From positions 1 to 34,580 of the forward strand of contig SNRW01000051.1 in the NCBI GenBank assembly GCA_008636045.1: DNA of 34,580 nucleotides, written 5' to 3'. Below the pieces are notes generated by a model that saw only the letters and a program-made list of their open reading frames with translations, searched no databases and was not told the DNA's origin. The position numbers and the translations under genes were made by a program. Below, piece by piece: positions 21,403 through 34,580 of this stretch. Each line of letters starts with the position of its first letter. The first letter of the stretch is position 1. The DNA comes from Streblomastix strix (taxonomy: Eukaryota).

Positions 21403-21643
21403 CACTGCTCTGAAGAATGTTCGTCGTAAGTTCAAATCAATATTTATTATAATCAATTTATCCACGCTTTGTCTATTTCATCAATTTGTGCATTTTCCTA
21501 TGATTTGTGGTATCATACTAATGTATGTGCTTCCGCTCTAGGGAAAATCGCAAATTGACGGGGTATGTGCTGAAATCGTGGAAAAATTGATTATAATAAA
21601 TAAGATTTTGAAGTTACGCCAAACTTCTTCATTCTATACTACT
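21403..21643 (-). repeat. Right TIR of the Polinton (~240 bp)
   Basis: Reverse complement of the left TIR, ending ...CTATACTACT and followed by the TSD TATGTA. Confidence 0.95.
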
Positions 21644-22482
21644 TATGTAAGATTAGATAAATATTAAGATTTGATGTCAAATAAACGCCTAAATCTGACT
21701 CTCATCAATGGTATTTGTTATATCAATGGATTTGAAAATATATCGAGTGACCATTTGTTTTGCATACCAAGACCTAAATGGTTTAATGTACATAAGCTTT
21801 TTGCTGGTTCAGGTTAAATTTCTTTAATTATTGGTTTTGTTATATTTTTTTAAATTTGAGTTAATTTGGTTTTAAACAGAGACTAGTTTTCATTTCTTTT
21901 CTTAAAATTATTTTGCTTTTCAATTGTTTTAATTCATTGCATTAAGTATGTATTGAATAAATTAAACACTTCTTTTAGATCATAAGTTTTTTTTATTCTA
22001 TATGAATGTATAAAATATAATAGTTTTACAAAAAATTTATTATTGATTTTGATTAGTTTATTGTTGATTATGAACATATAGTTAAAATGATAATTAATTA
22101 TTATTAAATATTTATAAACATTAAAAAAAATCATAGATTTAAACTTATTAAAAAAGACTTTGAAAAAAATTATGATTTGTTTATATATTCTCAGATATTG
22201 AAATTATAAAAAATGACATAAAAGAAATATGCAAGTGTTTGAGATATAGAATAAAATATTAGAAATAAAGTAAGAGTGATATTGAAATATATCTGAAGAA
22301 TATGAAATTTGCAATATTAATAAAGACAATTAGAAAATATAATTAATACAAAAAAAACTTCAGATATAAATTAATTAAAATAAATATATTTTAAATAAGT
22401 TTTATTTCATATTTGTATATTTTTAACAATATAATAATGATTTTATTAAATAAAAAAATTATTAATAAAATAGAAACAATAA

Positions 22483-25400
22483 TCAATTCTATTAATTTGA
22501 AGTAGTATAATTTTCGTTATCTGATTCATCTTTCACTTCTTAATGAACATCTGTTATGTCTTTTCCATCATCTTACTTCTTAACTGCAACTATTGGAATC
22601 TCATCATGTTTATTCTAGCTTTATTTAATGGATGAACCAGAGGGAAGAATTAATATTGGAATAGTTTCTGGCATTGGTGGATTATTATCAGCAATAATCA
22701 TAGGAGAATTGGAAAGATCAAAAATACTTTCAAATGAAAGAAATTGATGGGAATGAGTTTATTGATGTGATTAAAATGTCTGAGTTTTTGAAATATTAGA
22801 AGTTCTTGAAGAAAGTTGCAGATATGATGGTTAATTTTCATTTGAAAGGCTTTCTAAATTAGATAAATTCAAATTAAAAGAATTAATTGGAAATTATGAA
22901 TCAATATCTATTTATTCAGATTTCATCCTAGAATCATTGTTTGGAATTGTTTCAATATTTTCGCTCCAATCTAAGTCTTATTGTGTTTTATTAAAATGAG
23001 GGAAATGAACATTGAATTAAATACGCTGTAATTAAGATTTTTATATATTAACAATATTTTAATCTAAAATATCAAATTCTTATTCAACTTCTTTGCTTTC
23101 ATATTATTAATCTTAATTTGTTTATTTATCTTTGCTTAATTATTGGAAAGAAAGTTTTTCTTCTGTTTTTTAATTAAAATTAACTGTTTATTATTTTTCA
23201 CTTTTTGTTAGTGGGTGTTGAATGTTTTATATTTATCCTTCATTAATTTGTTGACTTATGATTCTTCCTGATATTCGGTTGTTTTGATCTTTATTAGTTC
23301 TGACATCTTTACTTTTCTCATACATTGAGTCTTTTTCATTCTTTTTATCAGATTTTTTATCGCACATCTTTTTTATATCTTTATATTTTTCCTAATATAA
23401 TTTCTTTTCAATTTTTGGTTTTGTATCGTTTTCAACATCTATTTTATATATTATTTCTTTGTCAATATTTTAAATTTTCTCTTTAATTTACTTTAATGAG
23501 AGTTTTACTTCTTTTAAATTAATTTATGTTTATTATTAATTTAATTTCTTTGGGTTAAACGATGGAATTTTTTATAACTTAAGAGGTTATTTAATAAGTT
23601 AATCTTTCTTTTTAGGTTACAATTCTTTATCTGGAATATTTTGTTTCGTTTGTTATTGTTGTGGACGAGAAATTTATTTTGGTTTATCAATTTATTATTT
23701 AGAAACAGTTTTCAATGGTGTAATCATATATACAGGAAATTGATCCTATTGGAATTTAGACATGAAATTTGATTCTTCTTCAGATGATGAAATTTCTTCA
23801 ATTGAATTAAGATGAATTTTAATATATAATTCTTTAGTTCTACTGGCCATTTGTACAATTTTGCTTTCTTTCACTAATGATTTGAATAATCTATTAAAAT
23901 TAAGATTCAAACCAGAATTTTCCAATAAATATTTATTATAACTCAGTTTCTCAGATATATGAGTAATATCAAAAGAATATTCAGATAAATTCATGCCAGA
24001 TTTCTTTGATATTTTAATTAAATTTGATCCAATATCTTCAGGAACGTTTCCATCTAATGAAGGATCATCATTAAATCTAAAATTTTTATTAGAATAAATT
24101 CCAATCTGCTAATCAAGAATTTCATTTCGATATTTATACCATAATTGATAATCCATTTTTCTTTCTCGATTAAGTGAATGTTGAAATTCAGTTTTCAATT
24201 TTTATATGAAATTGCCTTTAGGATATTTCATTGAAAGAAATAGTTACTTTATTCCTATTCGAGATTATTTTGTGAGAAATTGCATATATTTAGCTATATC
24301 ACTAGGAATATCTTCATGCAGCATATCTAATGGTTTTGAAATTGAACAATATAATGCATATGTAACATTTTAAAGCAAAGTTTCTAGGTTGGAAAATTAT
24401 AAGTTATCTTAAGTTCCTTCTGGATATTTTGAGCTTTCATAACTCTTGATTATTCGTCGAATAACTTCTCGGATAATAAATCGATGCTAACTCATATTTT
24501 TCATATATAATATAAATTATTAAAATGCATTCGTAATTTTTCGATAAGTTAAATTTTTCCAAGTTGTAAATTCTGAGTTAATTGGGAGTGGTGATAAACC
24601 AAACACAACTTATGATGTAGTGAATCTACCATTTCTAAGTCCATAAATATTTGGAATGTAGTCGTATAATGGTACTGGAGGTTAACGTGCAATACGGCCT
24701 GTTGAAATGAATTCGCGTAACGCTTGTTCAACTATTGATAATCGGAATGTTTTAGTTTCTATATTATGATAGTCTTAAATAGCTTTTTATTAACCATGAC
24801 TCCAAATGTCCCCAAAGTTCATATCATTCATAGCCAACACATGAATTATTAGGAATAAATCCATGATTGGTATATTATCATATGTAACAAGTGCAGATCT
24901 CATTATTTCTCCAGAACGAGAGAAGATTGCAAAAGACGGAATTGATGGCAAATTTTGCAAGGCTCCTTTAGGAGAAACTGTAATTTAAGATTGAATAATC
25001 CTACTTTGTTATTCAACTGATAATTATTATTCATCATCCAAGTCTTCAGCATAAAGTTCATTTTCTTCTTCACCTTCAACTTTCTCAATAATAGCATAAT
25101 TAGAATCATTATTATTAACTTCTAATTGATTAGATTATTCATTTGTAATGTTTTGATCTTTACTAGATTTAACTTATATTTATTCCTATTGTTCTTAAAA
25201 TTGTTATTTTAATAATTCAATGTTATTAAACATTTTTTTAAATAAATTATTTCTTATTCCTCCAAAAATTGCACTTGATCCTGAATTACACCTTTGAATA
25301 AATGAAAAATGCTGATAATTAGGAATTCTAACATTCAATACCAAGCACATTGGAAGATATTCATATCCTTCATATTAAACTGTTCTAATGATTTTAGAAC

Positions 25401-28400
25401 TAATTTTTTACTTCATTTTCTTGTAAAGTGGATTTGGTAGCATAGTATAGATAAGAATTTCTAAATCTCCAACAATTCCAAATTGATTGATTCCAAGTTG
25501 TGCTGAATCAATAATTAGTGTTGGTGAATATGCTTGTGCAATAAGTCTCGATCTATGGCAAAATAAAGATGCAGTTCGAACAAGATCCTGAGGTCTATGT
25601 TTCAACTATATTCCAGCAACAGAAGCTAAATCAGATGCAGATATTTATGGAAGTTTAATTTATGATAAAGTTTTATTTACATCTATAGATTTAGCGATAA
25701 TTGATTATTTATCAATTATTTATTGTTTATTATCTTATTAATCTTCTTTGGTAATATTATCGGGTTTGTTTGATAAGTTTCTATTTTATTGTATATGCAA
25801 TTAGTTTATTGGATTATTATGATAAGTTCCAAAGTCTTTATTACAATGACGACATCTTGGTTGTGCAAATCCTAATGGCATTATTGATGCTTTTGGCAAT
25901 TAAATCTTTTCTTAATCACTCTTCTTGTGAAAAACTTACAATGATGGAGGAATATATTAAAAATTTTGAATTAAATTTGAAGTATTTGTCAATTGTTTTG
26001 ATTTTCTTTTATTTTTTAATTTAACATTCATATTTTAATTTTTATTCGTATTTTTCTTAGCATTAATAATTTATTTCGATTTAGCAATCATTTATTCAAC
26101 AAGTTCACCATCTTTTGGATTAAAAGCACATAATCTACGCCTTTAAAAGAATGTAGAGTGGTTCAGATGTACCGGTTAGTTAATCTATATATCAACAAAA
26201 GCAAATCCTGTTGGTGCAAATATTAGAGCTGCACGAAGATGTTAAGGTACCATCATATATGAAGGAATAATGTTTGATTTCTTATGATTAATTGTAAGTC
26301 CTCTGAAAGAACTTAAATTATCATACTAACTAAAAGATAAAACAGAATTTGGAAGTTGAGAAATAGTCGGATGATAAAACGCTTATTATAAAGTAAAGTT
26401 AGTAATTGGTGATGGAGCTATGATGAGTGAAATATTTCGAATATTAAATGTAAAATGACTTGGAATCAGATATGATTCGATAGATCGTGTTGGAACTGCT
26501 GATATTTCATTGTTATATGTATAGTATTATTTCATCTTTGAAAGATTTAATCGATGCTAAGTTAATAATTATCCTTTGCTGTCATTCAAATTACGCACAT
26601 TGGCAACAGATGCATGAAATGGTGTTGATGAAAAAGGATTTTAGTTTTCTGAGAAAAGTGGATTTGTACATGAGCAATATTCAGAACAGATATATTCATT
26701 ATTATTTTCTTAAAGAGGATTCTTCAATTATTCATTAATGTTTTTCAGATTATTTTTAATTACCTCTTATTTTTTTGACTAATTTGCATTATGAAGATCA
26801 GCTTTCATAGAATCTAACTTATAAATCTTATTTAAAGTTGTTACTTCATTATCATCCAATCGAGATCCAACAATAAAAACGAATGCAGCTTTTCCATTCA
26901 AAACAACAAGTGTCGATGGAAATCCATAGATTCCTTGAACTCCTCCAATAACTCGAATCCTTTTTTGAAGTGTCAATGAAATATTTAGTATTTTCATTCT
27001 ATTGTAAATAGCTGTCATCGGACTAGTTGATAGATCAGCATATGTGTGAAGAATTTTGTCAGATTCGTCAATTGCATTCTGAATCTAATTATCACCGAAA
27101 TGAATTAAATTATTATTATTAGATTAAGATTTATTTTAGCTAAATTCATTTTCATTGAGTTGTTCTTCAAGAATTTGTCGAGTGATGTTTCTTGAATTTT
27201 CAAGAATATGATGACGAACAACTTCAAAAATGAAAATGTCGGTTATCATGCTTTCATTGAATGTTTCATTTTCTATATCAGGAACTTATTATTTTGATTA
27301 AGAATCTTCTTTATTGGAAGAATTTTCTTGTTCTGATGAACCAACTGAACTTTCTCTTCCAAGAACGCATAAAAGCGAACGAGCAAATCTTTCATTGAAC
27401 TCATCTGTGTTCATAACACTTAAAAGATCGGTTTTAATTTATGTTTATTTGTTTTTTTACTTTTATTCTTCTATTATTTTCTTTCTTTAATTCAAATATT
27501 CATTTTTATCAAACTTCAAATGTAAATTTTCAAATATTTCAATTTATTTATTTAAATAAACATTTCCATCACATTAATTAGATTATTATGTTTCATTATT
27601 TTTAATATTTGTTAATTATTATTAAAAATTTATTATTTTCTACATATCACTAATATATGATTCAGTTTCTATATTTTCTATATCTTCAATCGTTTAATTA
27701 ATATTATCTAATTTATTTGTATCATATTATAATTCTTTTGATGCTTATTTAAGTTCATTAATTGTGCTTCGTTAGACTTTTATTTATTCATTAAGTCCTT
27801 GTCAAGTTGGAATTGTTACACAAACCATACTGAAATAATTATATAATTGCGTTGTTGTTTCTTCAGTATTGAGATTGTAATAATTATCAACTGTTTAAGG
27901 TTCAATTGGTTATAATTGTTACTACGAAGAAGATTATTACTGTTTATTATTTTTCTTTTTTCCGAAATCTAAATTCATATTTGATAAATTAATCTATCCA
28001 ATTCGAAGATGCATTTCTGCTTCATCATATAAGATTATCATAAATGAATTTGATACCGTGCGAACATATTCATCATATGACTGATTTTATTAATTAACAG
28101 TATTTTAAAACGAATTTGATCTTTTGATGATATTTTATTCAGAAGATGTTTATTATTGTGAATAATGATCAGTTTTTATAATTGAATGTTATTTCTGGTT
28201 ATCTTTTGGTAATGGAAGATTTTCATTAATTTATATATCATTCTATCCATTAAATTTCGATTCAACATTTTCATCTTTAACCATCAACAATTCTTTGTCT
28301 CCAACAAATATTGATTGTTTTTTCATTCTATTCAATCTCAAACTTCGATTCTTTAAAGCCATTTTTACATTTGCAGGTGACAACCAACTTGGATATCCAA

Positions 28401-31400
28401 AGGAGAAATTTGTCTTTTATGATGAATAACACAAATTGACTTTTGGAACATTGAATTTGTAAGGTGGAAATCTTTTAGGTCGAAAATCTTTGAAATGCTT
28501 CGTGTGTGATTCAATGAACCAATCAGCTGCAATGTCAATAAATGGATCTCCTTTAAAATCTTTTTCTGGAATTGATTCGTGGAAGAATTGTCCTTATAAT
28601 TATAATTTGCCATTATTATTATCAGAAGAATTAATTTCTGTTTTTTTAGTTTCATTATTTGAAGATGGAGTATCTTAATAAAGCTAATTATTTTATCTTA
28701 TTTTCCATTTCGATTCAAGATAATTAATGAAGATGTTGTGAAATGGTTTAAACATTTATTATTCTAGATTGAATATTCCAGAAACATCCAATCCTAATCC
28801 AATAAGTGAAATTGATTTCGTGTTATTTACATATTGAGTGATTTGAGATTATTATTATTATTATTACTACTACTACTATTTTCTACTATCTTATTTACCC
28901 AAAATTGTTTAAGTTGATTCAATTTTATCAAAACTCTCATTATCTTCTTATTTTGGCTAATAATATGGATATTGAGAATATTCTCTGCAAAGAACAGCAA
29001 TAGCATGCATAGTTGGAATATGAGCAATTGAAAGTGGAAGAGACGAAAGATCTTTGATTTATCTGGTTATTATTCTTCTCTTATCAATTGTTCCAAAAGT
29101 CAGTCTTTATTCAACATAATCAATCCAGGCGATGGTCGGATGAGGAATCTGTGTTAATTATGTGTCATCGCCTTTTGAACTGACTTATGATCCTTTCTAA
29201 CTTTGTTTATCACTTCCATCTATTGATTCTTGATCTTATTTAAATGACAGAGTTGGTTATTCATCTACAACACGCATTGGTGCAAGTGAATGAATAATTC
29301 CTGTGCATTCTAAATCAGACCACATAATCTAACATGATATGTAGTTCCATGTCAGAGCAAATGCACGATCTCCATATAAGTATACAATTTATCCATCTTC
29401 CGCAATCTTGACTATTTGCGGGAATAATCGCATAGTTGTTACAACTGATGGAAAGAAGAATTTGGTTTTTCCTCCATTTTTATCTTTTTTCTGCAATTCT
29501 GGAGGAAAATCAAGTATTGCAGACAAAGGAATAAGAGCAGTTGCCAATTAGCCATTATGACCTGCAATCATCAGAGCAGCTCCATCATTCTATAAGTAAC
29601 TTCTCTATGAATCTTAATTGATCATTTCAGATGATTATGCAACTTATGATTATTAAGTTAGATTTGAAGGAGAAATAGTTATGGCAGAATTTATGGTATT
29701 ATTTTTAGTTTCATCTGTTGTGTATATGCAGATTTGATTACCGAAAGTGGTTAATAAGATTTGATCCGGTCGGTCATATGGAAATAAATCAAGTATTCTT
29801 GTCATTGTAATATTAGCTGAATAAAATACTTCAACATATTAGTGTGAACCACTGAGTACTTCAATAAATCTAATTTATTTAGTTTATCTTTCTTTGTCAA
29901 ACTATTTTATTGGACTCAATAAAGATTCACTCTACAAAATTGAACATTAATTTCCATCTCCAATTCGAATTGAATGTTTGTTTTCTAATTAATTAAATTC
30001 ATAACTATTCCTCACTCCATTTTAGATCACAAGTTCTGGATCTGGTCTTTGAACAGTTGGATAAGCCAATTTGTATTTCATCTGATCCAATAATTACTCA
30101 CCATCATCCCAAATCTTGTTTCTAATACTAATTTACTGCTGTGAAATTTGAAGAGTATCCAATCTAAATAAGAAAACAGCTGGTGGTGTTTCACATCCAA
30201 CAACAAGAAACGGTCGAGTGCAGATTGTTGATGCAGATAATGACTTCACTGGTGATGAGAAACATAATGTTGATATTGGATGTAAGATTGCAGTTGAATA
30301 TTTGATGGATGAAGATTGTATTTCTGATTATGATTATTTTTGATTGGAGGAATTTGATTAGATTTTCGGTTTTGATGGATTCCAGATAAGGACGTAAACT
30401 ATGCATTTGTAAGATACAGCTATTAAATTGTCTGTAATGCATGCATATTCAAATGTTATGCTTTATAATTTTTCTAATGGAATTAATTAAGAAGAAGAAG
30501 ATGGTTTATTTTATTTCTTATTTTTATAAAAATTTAATTGATTTTGTTGATATTCTTATATTCGTTATTAACATTATTCTTCTGTGAATAAATAAGGAGT
30601 TGGAAATGAAATAATGTTATTCACATCATATCCAATGAATTCGGATACAATTTCCATTTATTTTTAAATATTTTGATTTTGATCTTATTAATCTATTTAT
30701 TTATTCAATTCTTCTTCATCTTCTTATTATTATTATTATTATTTCTTTTGATGTATAAAGAATCGAAGTGTTGGAATTACTCTAATTTCCGATGATGAGA
30801 TTTGAACAATTGCTCCTTAAACACTTCCAAACGAAATAGTTTTCTCTTAATTATCGATTCCGACTTCAACGGGTTCAATTGGTTCAACTGTATCTTCACG
30901 AAGTTAGAAAATTTATGATATATATGTATTACGTAAATTATTATTACCATTATTCAATAGCACTGAATACTTAGTTGGATATAATTTCTGTTTTGATTAT
31001 ATTTAAGTTTTGCTTCCATCTTTATTTTATACAAATATTCCTTCATTTTTAAATTCAACTAATTTCTCCTCTTCGACTAATAATAATGAATGAAGTCTTG
31101 CTCCTGAATAAGCACGACTTGTGAATATAGTTGGAAGTTTCTCATACCATTTCCCTTGCATAATTGACTGCAACTTATGTCCAATACCGATGCTATGAAT
31201 AGCTCCCGATCTTCCATTCCCAACTCCAAGTACAAATCGATCATCAATTGAATGATGCGGACTATAAGAGTAATATGGAAGTGGAACTATCGAATTTATG
31301 CACATCGGATTATATTGGAAATCTTCAGGTCCACCTTCTCCTAATTCTTTTATATCAGTTTCTCTTCCTGGGAATTCAAAGAATGATCCATTATACAAAT

Positions 31401-34188
31401 CAACAATCATTGATGAATTAGATGCAGATACTATGAAGAGCATTGATGTTCCAAGCTTTAATTGGATGTTATCAATGTTGCTTTGGAAACTGGATTTAAC
31501 TGATGATAATTATTATTAATTAGATGAATGAGTTGTTTAATCAGAAGAAGATGATTAATAACTTAATACAGGTGATAGAACCTTATCAATTGATGTTTAT
31601 GTTGATGATTATTATTAGTTAATTTATGCAGGTAAATACCAATTAGCTCCATTTGTCATTGCAAGTTCATTAAACCATTTATATGGATACGTGTGTCTTT
31701 GCACTTATCCGTTAGTAATGATAATAAGCGTGTTTCCAGATGCTATGAATAGTTTATCCAATGAATTTACATCTTTTTGTTAATTATGTCTTCTAATCCT
31801 CTTTGAATTTAATTCATTCTTAGAACTGATTTTAGTTATTTGTTGAGAACGAGTTTTATTTGAATTATATTCATTTTCTTTCTCTTTCTCTTAACCCCCA
31901 ATATATAAGATGCTTAATGGAGGTTATGGAAAAGGAATTGGATATATGAAGTTGTATTAAGTGAGATGCGAAGTGAAAAGTCCAATTCCAACTGATGTGA
32001 ATATTAAGAATGGATGATAATTCAGGATTGGTAATTATTCTGATAATGAATTGTTGAACATATTGGAGTTTTTGGTGAAGATAAGTGAATCGTTTTAATT
32101 GGAATCATCAATCATTTCTTGTTAATTAAGAGTTAGAAGTAAATTATCTGAACTATCTGAATAAATATTGGATAAAGGACTTTCATCTGAAGTTGAATAT
32201 TCTTCTTAATCTTCAATATTATTATTATTATTTCTATTTGGTTTTAATTTATATTTATGATATTTCTTATTTGGGAATGTTATAAGGAATGTATTGACTT
32301 TGGCTTGTTATCTCTGAATATGAGTATGAAGTCTGTTGATCGCATCAATAAATGAATTCGGTTTTGATTTATTAATGTTCAGATTTAAATCTTCATTGTT
32401 TTCTTATATTTTATCTTTGTTCGAATAATAATCAATCAAGAATTCATTCGTTATTGCAAATGCTCCTTTCACAATATTCACATTTCCTGCATGAACGCGA
32501 TTCAGTGATTTAATTTCTTCTCCTTTTAAAGTCTTCATAACTCGTGTTTCATCAAGAACTGGCATCAGACGACATGATGTAAGTGGAAGTGCAGTTATTA
32601 TGAACGAGTGAAGTGAAATTCGATGATGTTCAAAGTCAAATAAAACTGAGATTACTGAAATATCAACTGGTTGATCAAGAAGTGCAATTGCTGTCACACA
32701 CGATTAGTTGCTTTCATCATTTTCTGATTTGGAATCAATAGATTATTATTATTGTTATTATTATTCATCTTATAAATCTCTTTATTCTAAATTCTTCATT
32801 TAATGATTCATATTTTTATATGATGAGACAAATTCAGGAAGTTAAATTCTTCCTTGTTTGCTATTTTCATTCAACCCACAACAAACAACTTCTCCATCTT
32901 TTTCTCTGTTTAGTGGTTCAGCGAAAGGAAATGAAGGCATAAAATAAGGTTTCTTCTTTATTGGAAATGGTTCTAATCTCATCGCTGTTGTGAAAGTTAA
33001 ATGACGAAGTTCAACTATTGATTGGAATAATGAGATTTTGTTCTTCTTTTGTTGTGTTGATGGATTAATTTCTTTTTCTTTTTCTTATTCTTATTTATTT
33101 GATTGATAATTCGGCTAATCTTCATCATCTTCAAAGAAAATGAATGTTTCTGCATTTGCAATACACAAGTTCTTCTTGTTTTCTTCAATCGTCTACAAAA
33201 CCTTCCATTCGTTCTCAAGACCATTTCTAATCGTTGTATTTATATTCTCTTCTTTATATCCATGTTTGTTATCTGAATCAAAGAATCCAAATTTCTTTGG
33301 GAATTGTTTCAAAGCAGATAACCAGTTGTCTTTGATAGCAGAAAGGAATATCGAATCGGGTCCATCATATTTCACTCCTACAAACACAGTTTCATCAACT
33401 GCAATAACTGCTCTGAAAGATATGCGAATTATCGGTTTGAATAATCCATTGTCTTGTTATTCATTATTTTATGGGGAAGGTCGTGTGAAGAAACGAGGTT
33501 AGTTGTCTGTGATTGGAACTACAGACACGGCCCATTAGAATGTCTATGTGAATAAATATAAATAAATAAAATATAAACAGAATTGAATTAAATATAAAAA
33601 TAATTCATTTGAATCAATAATTAAATTAAATTAATTATCAAACAGGATCAAGTCTAAATCTGTGTTATTCTGGTGTTTTCATTAATGGTTGAATTGACTT
33701 TAGAATTGATCCAGTAGCAAGTGGGAAGAATCGAGCTTTGTTCCATTATAATAAAAGCCATTCTCCACCAATTGATAAAACAAATAGACAATCAAGACTA
33801 TTTATTTATAATAAATATAAAAAATTATATTAGTTAGTGATTAATATATTATTTATATATAATATAAACCTGTGAGGTTATACAGATGTGCAAAGACTAT
33901 AAACTTCTTTATAGACGCAGATGTGGTCAACAAAATCAAAACTGTCTTCTTCATCGCTGTTGTGGAAGATGCTCAGAAATGTTGACTGAATGATTGAATA
34001 ATTGAATAAAGATTAATTGATATATATAATATAATCAAATAATAATAAACCTTAGCAAGAATAAGCGTTTCAATGTTCCTGTTGAAGAAACGACCTACAA
34101 CAATTGAGTTAATCTCTCCTGGGAGTGCTAAAGTTTCAAGATAGAAGCTATCTTTCTTTTCTTCCACATTTTCAGTATAAGATGCCAT
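22483..34188 (-). CDS. Host DDB1/SF3B3/CPSF1-family (MMS1_N/CPSF_A) beta-propeller protein, ~3,820 aa; exons 34188-34051, 33985-33870, 33797-33644, 33543-22483
   Basis: The N-terminus FYLETLALPGEINSIVVGRFFNRNIETLILAKSTFLSIF resembles the DDB1 start. Later family-like motifs include FVLGVGNGRSGAIHSIGIG and TISFGSVQGAIVQISSSEIRVI. Three GT-AG introns (65, 72, 100 nt) restore the frame. Six supplied ORF fragments between 23746 and 33387 share one frame. Exon 4 was only partly scanned for TGA. Confidence 0.85.
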
Positions 34189-34303
34189 TCTGAATATAAG
34201 AATAATAAATAAAAATATTAATAATTTTTCATTGAGCAAAGGAAATGAAAAATAAATAAAATTAAAATGAATTAAGAAATAATGAATATATTCCAAATAT
34301 AAG

Positions 34304-34580
34304 AGTAGTATAGAATGAAGAAGTTTGTGGTAAGTTCAAAATCGTATTTATTATAATCAATTTACCCGCGATTTTGAACTTTTTTCGTCAATTTGCAAAA
34401 ATCCCTAGAGCGGAAGCACATACATGTGTATGGTTCCATTAATCATAGGAAATTGTACAAATTGATGAAATAGAACAAATGTGAATAAATTGATTATAAT
34501 AAATATGGATTTCGAACTTACCGCAAACATTCTTCAGAGCAATGTTATTAATTAATAAAAAATAAATTATTGAGGGTTAG
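34304..34580 (+). mobile_element. Left terminus (TIR) of a second, related Polinton running off the window
   Basis: Starts AGTAGTATAGAATGAAGAAGTTTG and is colinear with the TIR but more diverged. Beyond the TIR it resembles the left subterminal sequence at ~1118-1150 (ATTAATTAATAAAA..ATAAATTA..GGGTT). Confidence 0.88.

Larger units (their letters stand above)
28..21643. mobile_element. Full-length Polinton/Maverick-type endogenous virus (~21.6 kb including two nested MITEs), partly decayed
   Basis: The left end AGCAGTATAGAATGAAGAAG (28) and right end CTTCTTCATTCTATACTACT (21643) are inverted repeats. TATGTA directly flanks both ends (22-27 and 21644-21649), a 6-bp TSD. The interior encodes pPolB, an rve-type integrase, an A32-like ATPase and capsid-like proteins. 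Confidence 0.96.

Noticed and set aside
21650..21860. Host exon interrupted by the Polinton (joined flanks give a ~75-codon open frame)
   Set aside because: With a single stop codon such open frames are common by chance. There is no recognisable motif and only 27 bp of left flank is available.
28848..28880. TTA/CTA microsatellites as separate repeat features or a CRISPR-like array
   Set aside because: They are simple trinucleotide runs encoding low-complexity tracts within the host exon. There is no repeat-spacer structure anywhere in the window.
2853..33502. Most short ORFs in the supplied track treated as independent genes
   Set aside because: They are artefacts of the wrong genetic code, being either fragments of the long table-6 genes or antisense/off-frame shadows (e.g. 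14432-14764, 33140-33502).
33973..34296. 107-aa hydrophobic ORF starting MEYIHYF
   Set aside because: Only 34188-34051 is family-like. The rest is AT-rich upstream sequence and read-through of intron 1.

Overview
AT-rich eukaryotic (protist) DNA in which TAA/TAG encode Gln and only TGA is a stop (translation table 6). The supplied standard-code ORF track is therefore mostly fragments and noise. The code, composition and short GT-AG introns fit an oxymonad such as Streblomastix, but the host is an inference. Bases 28-21643 are a full-length, partly decayed Polinton/Maverick-type endogenous dsDNA virus with AG(T/C)AGT...ACTACT termini, ~240-bp TIRs and a perfect 6-bp TSD (TATGTA). It encodes a protein-primed PolB, an A32-like packaging ATPase, a retroviral-type integrase, putative major and minor capsid proteins, two fibre-like proteins and several small ORFs, and two MITEs are nested in it. 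The most striking features are (i) a ~190-nt GC-rich structured RNA gene with Pol III A/B boxes and a T5 terminator, reminiscent of adenovirus VA RNA, (ii) a 69-aa peptide resembling the adenovirus protein VI membrane-lytic helix, and (iii) TIRs that are themselves ~220-nt hairpins. Bases 22483-34188 (minus) hold a 4-exon, ~3,820-aa host gene of the DDB1/SF3B3/CPSF1 beta-propeller family. A second related Polinton begins at 34304, 115 bp upstream of that gene's ATG. All translations and alignments were done by eye.
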